Shown: in pieces, positions 1 through 6,469 of the stretch
How positions within the stretch are numbered: position 1 is the stretch's first letter
Layout of the letters: each line of letters opens with the position of its first letter
Source: an uncultured virus (IMG/VR IMGVR_UViG_3300025390_000008)
Lineage: Duplodnaviria; Heunggongvirae; Uroviricota; Caudoviricetes
Virus record (IMG/VR): IMGVR_UViG_3300025390_000008
Strand: one strand, 5' to 3'
Length of the DNA: 64,000 nt
The notes under the pieces: model-generated
The model's input: the letters and a program-made list of their open reading frames with translations, nothing else
What the model was told of the DNA's origin: nothing
Database searches by the model: none
Program-made: the position numbers and the translations under genes

Positions 1-373
1 TGGTGTTCATAACAGACCATGCACCAGTAACTTTGTAGTCGCTGATGATGATGCCGTCTTCCTCGACTTCTTGCAGGTCAATTGCGCCAGAGATATGCCA
101 ACCATTGAACTCTGTGTGTAGGCGCTCTTCAACGATGTGGTGGTTATCCTTGCCGTGCTCCAAGATGCCGTGGACGGCGGAGCCAAAGATAGACCAGACC
201 ATTTCAGAGGCGTCTTGTGTCAACTCATCCCAATGCTTGTTCTTTAGCTGAACGATGCGGGGCGAATTCAGAATCTCTGTGGCAGATATTTGGGACGCGC
301 CCTTGGAATACTGAGGCCGCTTAATTACATTGACCCATGTGGTCGGCAAGTTGTGATTGTTCGTGATTTTCAT
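1..373 (-). CDS. PD-(D/E)XK (RecB/Cas4-like) exonuclease, 5' part, allele A (runs off window start)
   Basis: ATG at 373 reads MKITNNHNLPTTWVNVIKRPQYSKG...GAIDLQE..IISDYK; aligns to 60116-60488 with about 33 substitutions. Confidence 0.85.
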   Translation of the reverse strand, partial: MKITNNHNLPTTWVNVIKRPQYSKGASQISATEILNSPRIVQLKNKHWDELTQDASEMVWSIFGSAVHGILEHGKDNHHIVEERLHTEFNGWHISGAIDLQEVEEDGIIISDYKVTGAWSVMNT

Positions 374-376
374 GTC

Positions 377-883
377 TTATCCATTCTTTGCAAATTCGCC
401 GTGGTGCTTAATTCGCGCTTCGGAAACGGCACGTTCGGCGTCTTCAATTTTTTCAAAGTGTCCAAGTTCATAAGTCTTTCCATTCGCATAGATGCGGGCT
501 CGATATTTCTTCAAGCTTTCTCGCCACGAAACACCTTTCACCCCGCTTTGGTTGTGTTTCGATTTCATGGAGTTGTATGAGTTTTGGCTTCTGGTGGCCT
601 CGCGTAAGTTCTCAATGCGGTTGTTCAATCTATTCCCATCAATGTGATCAATCAAAGCGGGCAAGTAGCCGTGGTGCATAAGAAAAATCAACCGATGATT
701 TTTGAAATACTTTCCTTGGATGCCCGTTTGGTAGTAACCGCTGCCGTCAATTGTTCCGGCTTTGGATGGCTTCCAATACAAGGTTCCGTCTTTGTATTCA
801 AAGATTTCTTTTAACGCATCCTGAGTCAGTTCAGACTCTGAACCAATCTTGGATTTGATAGCTGACACAATTTTTCCACTCAT
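377..883 (-). CDS. HNH homing endonuclease with C-terminal AP2-like DNA-binding domain
   Basis: HRLIF..IDHIDGNRLNNRIENLREAT (HNH) followed by NQSGVKGVSW..YRARI..LGHF (AP2-like); SD AGGAGG at 893-888. Confidence 0.9.
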   Translation of the reverse strand: MSGKIVSAIKSKIGSESELTQDALKEIFEYKDGTLYWKPSKAGTIDGSGYYQTGIQGKYFKNHRLIFLMHHGYLPALIDHIDGNRLNNRIENLREATRSQNSYNSMKSKHNQSGVKGVSWRESLKKYRARIYANGKTYELGHFEKIEDAERAVSEARIKHHGEFAKNG

Positions 884-905
884 AAAACCTCCTGTTGAAA
901 GCTTT

Positions 906-934
906 ATTATGGCCTAAACATTCGTGAATGTCAA
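906..934 (-). promoter_or_regulatory. sigma70-type promoter of the HNH-AP2 cassette
   Basis: TTGACA (934-929), 17-bp spacer, CATAAT (911-906) on minus strand. Confidence 0.8.
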
Positions 935-982
935 TAGGTTAACGAAGGTCTCAGGCAGGTTGTGAATGTTGGTAATCTTCAT
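914..982 (-). pseudogene. stranded original 5' end of the exonuclease gene (22 codons)
   Basis: MKITNIHNLPETFVN then diverges to a stop; matches MRITNVHNLPDTFVN of 59619-60488. Confidence 0.85.
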
Positions 983-1194
983 TCTTTCCTCCAATTCATC
1001 ATGGCATCAGCCACCAAAAACGACATCTTGGCTAGAGCCTCCTCTTCAGGGATGCCTGCCCGATCAGCAATCGTCATAGTTCCTGCGTGCAAAGTTTGAT
1101 TGGTCAGCATGGCTTGCATAGCCTTGGCCGCGAAGTAATCACGTAGATCCATCCCATCGTGGGACGTGTTGTTTGGGTTCGGAAAAGCTTTCAT
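979..1194 (-). CDS. small phage protein (MDLRDYFAAKAMQA family)
   Basis: 71-aa ORF, SD AGGAG upstream, ATGA overlap with next start; absent from the second genome copy. Confidence 0.75.
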   Translation of the reverse strand: MKAFPNPNNTSHDGMDLRDYFAAKAMQAMLTNQTLHAGTMTIADRAGIPEEEALAKMSFLVADAMMNWRKE

Positions 1195-1247
1195 TCATAC
1201 TCCTATAATTGGTGTTACGAACATCCTTACTGGTTGTTCTGGTAGAT

Positions 1248-1276
1248 ATGCTATCAGGTATATTTTGGAAATGCAA
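1248..1276 (-). promoter_or_regulatory. putative leftward sigma70 promoter
   Basis: TTGCAT-17bp-TAGCAT on minus strand upstream of the leftward operon. Confidence 0.5.
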
Positions 1277-1295
1277 CACATGAGGAAAAATATTT

Positions 1296-1589
1296 ATGGC
1301 ACGTAGGGCGATGAGGCAGGACGACAATCATGGGGCGGTGGTGACTGCTCTGCGGGCGATGGGTGCTACGGTGCATACGATCAGCCAAGGCGGTGGGATA
1401 CCGGACTTGCTGGTGGGTTATAAGGGGAAGACGGCGCTGCTGGAAGTGAAGGACGGGGACAAGCCGCCGAGTGCGAGAAAGCTGACGGAGCCGGAGGAGA
1501 AGTTCTTTGCGAGCTGGTCAGGTGGTCCGCTGTTTATAGTGAACAGTCCTGAGGAGGCTTGTGCCATGCTGGAGCATCTTGGAGCGTAG
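1296..1589 (+). CDS. VRR-NUC / Holliday-junction-resolvase-like nuclease
   Basis: GIPDLLVG...LLEVKDG PD-(D/E)XK motif and KLTEPE. Confidence 0.75.
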   Translation: MARRAMRQDDNHGAVVTALRAMGATVHTISQGGGIPDLLVGYKGKTALLEVKDGDKPPSARKLTEPEEKFFASWSGGPLFIVNSPEEACAMLEHLGA

Positions 1590-1608
1590 TGGAGCATTGT
1601 GGTATACT

Positions 1609-1674
1609 GAACCCGCTATTGCATTCATACATCCCTTGGTGGGTTCCACGGCTTCTTCGGAGGCCGTTTTTTTT
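1609..1674 (+). ncRNA. candidate small RNA (hairpin plus intrinsic terminator)
   Basis: extended -10 TGgTATACT at 1600-1608; stem 1609-1618/1637-1646; terminator 1648-1674. Confidence 0.5.
1648..1674 (+). terminator. Rho-independent terminator
   Basis: ACGGCTTC-TTCG-GAGGCCGT followed by T tract. Confidence 0.85.
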
Positions 1675-1721
1675 GCTGGTAATATTACCACTTGGCAGGT
1701 ACAATTGTTCCTGCGTACCAA

Positions 1722-1896
1722 GACGCATGGGGATTGGCATAAATGGCTTACCCGCTGGAATAAACCGACAAATACCGGGTTAATGCCAAGTCGGGCTAAC
1801 AGTCCCCAGTCGTGTTGGTAATGGGTTGGGGGCGAGTAGGCGAAAGCTGAAAGGGTCGCCGTGTGCAGATACACCCTGCGATGCACACACCAACAA
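1722..1896 (+). ncRNA. candidate structured RNA, unknown family
   Basis: nested stems 1728-35/1801-08, 1736-40/1783-87, 1750-54/1776-80, 1813-19/1889-95, 1831-35/1856-60, 1861-67/1882-88; GAAA tetraloop. Confidence 0.5.
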
Positions 1897-1902
1897 TATT
1901 TT

Positions 1903-2051
1903 CGGGTTGAAGCGTGATGTGGTGGCACGATTGCACATTGGGTGCAAAACTTCTTCTGTGGCTACTTGCTTGAACGGCAACTTCTAGAGTGCGTAATAAA
2001 CAGCAGGGTGTGTTAGAAGTCTATCTGGTTCGACTCCAGACGACCCGACCA
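1903..2051 (+). tRNA. tRNA-like RNA (Pro-like acceptor) with 76-nt variable-region insertion; atypical
   Basis: acceptor CGGGTTG/CGACCCG + A + CCA; D-stem CGTG/CACG; anticodon stem TTGCA/TGCAA with loop CATTGGG; T-arm TCTGG-TTCGACT-CCAGA. Confidence 0.65.
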
Positions 2052-2052
2052 A

Positions 2053-2135
2053 TTTAGGGGGAAAGCGGATGCTGGTTACTTGTTCTAGACAGGGCACATA
2101 AAGAGACACTAGACGCAGCGAGTACCCCACCTAAA
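2053..2135 (+). ncRNA. candidate structured RNA element
   Basis: TTTAGG/CCTAAA, GGGG/CCCC, GCTG/CAGC and TCTAG/CTAGA nested pairings. Confidence 0.35.
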
Positions 2136-2143
2136 AAAAGTTG

Positions 2144-2170
2144 TTGACAACAGTTCTATCTGTGTATAAT
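2144..2170 (+). promoter_or_regulatory. putative sigma70 promoter
   Basis: TTGACA and TATAAT consensus boxes, but only a 15-bp spacer. Confidence 0.5.
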
Positions 2171-2223
2171 CCAAAACATCAACGGATTGGTAACCCGTTG
2201 TAGTTCGTAGAAACGCAACCGCA

Positions 2224-2330
2224 AACCCATTGGTGAGCGGGCTTCGTCAAAGCTGGGATGTCCTGTCTACGCAGGCTCTTATGCGGCAACCAAGCCTAAA
2301 GCTCGTTCACCAATGGGTTTTTTGCTTTTT
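2224..2330 (+). terminator. long inverted repeat with T tail (terminator/attenuator)
   Basis: AAACCCATTGGTGAGCGGGCTT ... AAGCTCGTTCACCAATGGGTTT then TTTGCTTTTT. Confidence 0.6.
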
Positions 2331-2760
2331 AGCCGTATACCTTGATCTGGTAATTTAACGGGCACATGAACGGTTTGGCCCAGATCGAGAGCCATAAAAA
2401 GTATCGACGTGGCAAGCGCGGGTGGAGATAGCGCCAGATGTTGAGTAAACCGCCAGAACGGATCTAGGTCGAGAGATTGAGGTAATCCGGGGCAACGGCA
2501 ACATTTGGGACAAGCTCGGTCAGTGCGCTAAGAAGGGGTCTCACAATGGGCCTAAATGTCTGACAGCTACGGCGGAACATTGAGAGATGACCGTAGCCAA
2601 TGTAACGAAGGAAACGACCGACGTGATATTGTTCTTCAGCCAACCCCGCGTCCTGTGGGCTAGGGGTGGGTTGTGTCCAGAGCTTCAGTCTTCTCCCTCC
2701 GTGATGTGGGTGTAATACCTTGTATTTAGTGGCTCAGACCGATACTTACCGGAGATGTAG

Positions 2761-3354
2761 ATGGCTAATCAGGTTGATAAGAGAGTTAAGGGTAGTGCCT
2801 TACCTTGGTTTATCACGTCGCGGGTCCGAGCTGATCGTCGGCTGGGGCTGAGTGAGATGGAGCAGGCGTGTCTAGCCCTGGAGGCTGAAGGTATGCCCTG
2901 CCCTGCCGATGTAAGCTTTGAGGCGTGGGTCAGGACCAACTTTGCCTATATCTGTGCTAGGTATATGGAGAAGTATCCAAAGCCTATTGGCAGTAAGGTA
3001 AAGCCCCGTCCGTCCAGGGCTCAGCGCAAGGCAGCTAGTCAACTTCGTCGTAACGCCAAGTCAGAAAAAGCGCCCGTTAAGCGGGTCGTCAAGGTGTGTG
3101 GTGTTGATGTGACCACCGACGCCTTTTTATCGACGTATGAATGGCGCAGGGTGCGTATGGAGGCGCTGAAGAAGTTTGGGCCTAAGTGTCAGTGCTGTGG
3201 AGCTACTCCCGCCCAAGGAGCTGTTATGAACGTTGACCACATCAAGCCACGTAAGCTGTATCCAAACTTAGCCCTCAATGTAAACAATCTTCAGATCCTA
3301 TGCCATGAGTGCAACCACGGTAAGGGCAATTGGGATCAAACCGACTGGCGGTAA
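2761..3354 (+). CDS. HNH endonuclease
   Basis: C-terminal CQCCG..NVDHIKP..NLQILCHECNHGK; SD GGAG. Confidence 0.85.
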   Translation: MANQVDKRVKGSALPWFITSRVRADRRLGLSEMEQACLALEAEGMPCPADVSFEAWVRTNFAYICARYMEKYPKPIGSKVKPRPSRAQRKAASQLRRNAKSEKAPVKRVVKVCGVDVTTDAFLSTYEWRRVRMEALKKFGPKCQCCGATPAQGAVMNVDHIKPRKLYPNLALNVNNLQILCHECNHGKGNWDQTDWR

Positions 3355-3466
3355 AAATAATTTGACGGAGATGAAAAAAAGTATTGCATGATAATTTTCC
3401 TATGATATGCTACCACCTACAAAGACACCAGAACAACCAGTTGACAATTACAGGGAGCACGGCAAA

Positions 3467-3922
3467 ATGAGAAAACGGACAAAGCGCAAGGTGTATGCAC
3501 TGGTGAACGTTATTCAGCACGCTATGGAGGGAGCGGCGCTGGTAGACGGTAAGCCGCTGGAGGATTTAAGGACGAGGGAGTTGCTGGCTTTGGAGGCGTT
3601 CCGATCGGGCACAGCGACACCGAATGATTGGCGGTCTATTTCGGCGATGGTGAACATTGCTGAGGTGATGGCTAAGAAGGGCGTGGGGCCAGAGGCGATT
3701 GAGGTTTGCCGAGAGGCGGAGCTTCAGTTGCTGGATGACCATGTCAGGTTTGAGAAGACCGGAAAGATGGGCACGACAGCGGGGGGCTTAACGGCTTACC
3801 GCGAGGTGTATGAATACCATGACTTGCAGAGGACATCTATCAGCAGGTCAGAGTATGAGAGGTGGATAAAGAAGACCGCTGACATTTTGAAGAGCGGCCA
3901 GGATGTAGTTCATTTAACCTAA
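3467..3922 (+). CDS. hypothetical phage protein
   Basis: MRKRTKRKVYAL start with GGAG upstream; 151 aa. Confidence 0.7.
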   Translation: MRKRTKRKVYALVNVIQHAMEGAALVDGKPLEDLRTRELLALEAFRSGTATPNDWRSISAMVNIAEVMAKKGVGPEAIEVCREAELQLLDDHVRFEKTGKMGTTAGGLTAYREVYEYHDLQRTSISRSEYERWIKKTADILKSGQDVVHLT

Positions 3923-3934
3923 AAAGGAGTTTGT

Positions 3935-4282
3935 ATGAAACGAGAGATTAACGATAACGTGGCGGCTTGTAAACAGATCGATCACGACCAGCGGCTGGTA
4001 ACGTTACCAGTTTACGTTCACCACTACCGCCAATACGATGGCAAGTTTGCTTTTTCGATCTCATCGTTTGACCAAAGCAAATACAGCTCGGAGTATGTGT
4101 TGGTGGGTAAGACTGAGTTGGTGTATTTAGTTCCAGAGGAATTCGATCCGATCGCCCAAGAGGTGGCTGCCCTGCGCCGCAAGAAGATGGACGTGATCAA
4201 TGAGTTCAATAAGCGGGTCAAAGAGATCGAGGAGCAGATCGGTAAGCTGACTGCTATTGAACACACGCCTGCGGAGTTCTGA
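3935..4282 (+). CDS. hypothetical protein, C-terminal coiled coil
   Basis: SD AAGGAG; 115 aa. Confidence 0.7.
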   Translation: MKREINDNVAACKQIDHDQRLVTLPVYVHHYRQYDGKFAFSISSFDQSKYSSEYVLVGKTELVYLVPEEFDPIAQEVAALRRKKMDVINEFNKRVKEIEEQIGKLTAIEHTPAEF

Positions 4283-4283
4283 C

Positions 4284-4673
4284 ATGGGAGTAGCAACAGC
4301 AGTCGCCATCTCGGCGGCAACATCAGCAAATATTGCGGCTCAGCACGCAGCAGAATCAGCAGCTCGGGCAGAGTGCATAGCCTACGTGCCAACCTATAAA
4401 CACGCAGGGGCTACGCTGGAACAGATCCACTACTACGCCTATTGCGCGGAGAAGCTATACCCTCAGCCGCATGACGTAGACCGTAATGACGTCATCATAT
4501 TCAAGGTTGCTTTGATCTTGATCTTTATCGGTGCTGGCGTAGGCGCTTATTTGAATCGTGACGATTATGATGGACCGTTTATTGGCGCGTTGTATGGCTC
4601 GGTGGGAATGCTTTTAGCCGAGTTCATTTTGGCCATTGTTGTGATGGCTTTGTACTTTATATTTTTGGGGTGA
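4284..4673 (+). CDS. membrane protein (two C-terminal TM helices)
   Basis: hydrophobic segments IIFKVALILIFIGAGVG and LLAEFILAIVVMALYFIFLG. Confidence 0.65.
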   Translation: MGVATAVAISAATSANIAAQHAAESAARAECIAYVPTYKHAGATLEQIHYYAYCAEKLYPQPHDVDRNDVIIFKVALILIFIGAGVGAYLNRDDYDGPFIGALYGSVGMLLAEFILAIVVMALYFIFLG

Positions 4674-4676
4674 ATC

Positions 4677-4877
4677 ATGACCGGAAGCTATTACATCGGC
4701 CAGACCAAGGCACCGCTTGCGAAGGAGTGGCGCTTGGTCGCCAAGGGGGACGACCCTATGGAAGTCGCCAAGAAGACCACTGCCCTAGCCAACAAGGGCG
4801 AGACGATGGCTCGCGTGATGTGGGTATCGGATGAGCGGTGGGACAACACCAAAGTAATTCAGGAGATGAAGGTATGA
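4677..4877 (+). CDS. hypothetical protein
   Basis: 66-aa ORF in tightly packed operon. Confidence 0.6.
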   Translation: MTGSYYIGQTKAPLAKEWRLVAKGDDPMEVAKKTTALANKGETMARVMWVSDERWDNTKVIQEMKV

Positions 4878-5125
4878 CTGACGAACAAATTGCAAAACTA
4901 TATGACCAAGCCTTGGTTATTAAAAGCAATGGTGACTATGTTGCTGGCGAATTAGACCCCGTAAAGTTTGCCAGATTGGTAGCACAACATGAGCGTGAGG
5001 CGTGTGCAGAGTTGCGCAAAACTTTGTCAGCCATTCCAAATAGCCATGTTCCACAATTACAACCAGCAGTTGATTCTGCGCTTGATTTTTATGCCGAAAG
5101 AATCCGAGCAAGAGGTGAAGCATGA
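4874..5125 (+). CDS. hypothetical protein (FARLVAQHEREACA family)
   Basis: ATGA overlaps at both ends. Confidence 0.65.
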   Translation: MTDEQIAKLYDQALVIKSNGDYVAGELDPVKFARLVAQHEREACAELRKTLSAIPNSHVPQLQPAVDSALDFYAERIRARGEA

Positions 5126-5295
5126 CTGACACATCAAAAGAATACACATTTACTGCGCCACCTAAACCCGTGGGATATTGGGTTTTGTATGAAGGCGCAC
5201 CGCAGCTAATGATGTTTGCGATGCACCATAAACCGACTGAACAGCAGATCAAGAACACAGAAGAACTGCTGGGATGGAAATGGAGAGACGCATGA
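5122..5295 (+). CDS. hypothetical protein
   Basis: MTDTSKEYTFTAPPKPVGYW..LLGWKWRDA; GAGG SD, ATGA coupling. Confidence 0.6.
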   Translation: MTDTSKEYTFTAPPKPVGYWVLYEGAPQLMMFAMHHKPTEQQIKNTEELLGWKWRDA

Positions 5296-5429
5296 CTGAC
5301 GACTATGACTTTGACATTGAAGAACTGCGCCAAGAAGTAGCCGCTGAAAAGCGTTACTACAACCAGCTTATTCGCCACCCCAACCCGCAAGACCCTGACT
5401 ATCCAGAGCTGGAGGACGATGATGAATAA
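5292..5429 (+). CDS. small acidic protein
   Basis: MTDDYDFDIEE..HPNPQDPDYP; GGAG SD, ATGA coupling. Confidence 0.55.
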   Translation: MTDDYDFDIEELRQEVAAEKRYYNQLIRHPNPQDPDYPELEDDDE

Positions 5430-5514
5430 CTGGCCTTTTCCGACTCAGCTGCCGCCCGACAAGGCAGGACTACCGCCATTCAATCCTGACAACCATGAGG
5501 AAGCGCCTTGGTAA
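5422..5514 (+). CDS. small Pro-rich protein
   Basis: MNNWPFP..EEAPW; GGAGG SD. Confidence 0.45.
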   Translation: MNNWPFPTQLPPDKAGLPPFNPDNHEEAPW

Positions 5515-5624
5515 AAGTAACAGTAGCCGTCTTCTGGGCGGCACTGTTTTTCACTGGTCTGTATTTCATGGCCGGTGAATTGTTTGGAAACTAATGCAAA
5601 ATTGACGACCCCAAAGGAACAATA

Positions 5625-6425
5625 ATGAAAATTGAAAACATCAAGCTAGAACACATTCGTATCGATCGCGGCACTCAATCACGCGAGAAGGAAAGTCAAG
5701 AGCAGATAGACAACATCGCTGAGGCGATTAACAACGGCGAAGAGATCGACCCAGCAGTTATCTTTGACGACGGCCAATACTTTTTTCTGGCAGACGGTTT
5801 CCACCGCTATCACGCCCACAAGAAGCAAGGCCAAGCCACCATGCCCTGCATTCGCAAGCTGGGAACCCTGCGTGACGCCCAGATCTACGCCTTCCAAGAG
5901 GCAAACAAATTCCAAAAGAGCCTGCCCCGTAGCCATGCTGACAAGCGCCGCTGTGTGAACTGGTGCTTGGATGACTTGGAATACCAAGACCTTGCCGACC
6001 GCGAGATCGCCCGAATGGTAGACGTTAGCCATGTGTTGGTGAGCCGTATGCGTAAGGAGCGCATGACGCCCAAGGAGGCCAAACCTGCCAAGCTAAAGAA
6101 CGTGGTCGAACCCAAGCTGGAATTATTACCACCTGAGAAAGTGGAATTATTACCAGCAGCCAACGACATGGACGCCGAAGCCATGAATTATTTGCAGGAA
6201 GAGAACCAGCGTCTTGAGAAGCAGTTGGCCGTGGTAGCGATGGAGGCCACGCCCGAAGAGAAAGAATTGGCCAAGACCATGATCGAAGAGCTGCAAGAGG
6301 AGGTCAAGATGCTCCGCATTGAGAACCAGTCCCTCAAGATCAGTCGTGATACTTACCAAGCAGAGAATGCCCAGCTCATCAAGCAGGTGGGTATGCTTCA
6401 GCGACAACTAAAAAAAGCAGCGTAA
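5625..6425 (+). CDS. ParB-like protein (ParB N-terminal domain, HTH, coiled coil)
   Basis: QSR..LADGFHRYHA (ParB box II-like), EAN..LP, HTH LADREIARMVDVSHVLVSRMR, C-terminal coiled coil. Confidence 0.8.
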   Translation: MKIENIKLEHIRIDRGTQSREKESQEQIDNIAEAINNGEEIDPAVIFDDGQYFFLADGFHRYHAHKKQGQATMPCIRKLGTLRDAQIYAFQEANKFQKSLPRSHADKRRCVNWCLDDLEYQDLADREIARMVDVSHVLVSRMRKERMTPKEAKPAKLKNVVEPKLELLPPEKVELLPAANDMDAEAMNYLQEENQRLEKQLAVVAMEATPEEKELAKTMIEELQEEVKMLRIENQSLKISRDTYQAENAQLIKQVGMLQRQLKKAA

Positions 6426-6469
6426 GGTAGCCCAAGCTGGCGGGCTAGTGCCAGCAGTTGAGGGATTGT

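Larger units (their letters stand above)
1192..4706. repeat. direct repeat copy 1 (genome overlap / terminal redundancy)
   Basis: matches 60486-64000 at offset 59,294; differences seen only at 1213 and 1265. Confidence 0.95.

Noticed and set aside
1..373. DGR template/variable repeat pair with 60116-60488
   Set aside because: Differences are mostly synonymous and not adenine-specific, and no reverse transcriptase is present.
1861..1892. Possible second tRNA ending in ACCA at 1889-1892
   Set aside because: No TTC T-loop and no distant acceptor partner; better explained as a local hairpin in the 1722-1896 structure.
1518..1980. Overlapping short ORFs in the non-coding island
   Set aside because: No RBS or protein-like composition, and they cross a terminator and RNA stems.
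1903..2051. tmRNA or intron-containing tRNA
   Set aside because: The acceptor lacks the Ala G3:U70 identity, there is no tag ORF, and the 76-nt insert is in the variable region and too short for a group I intron.
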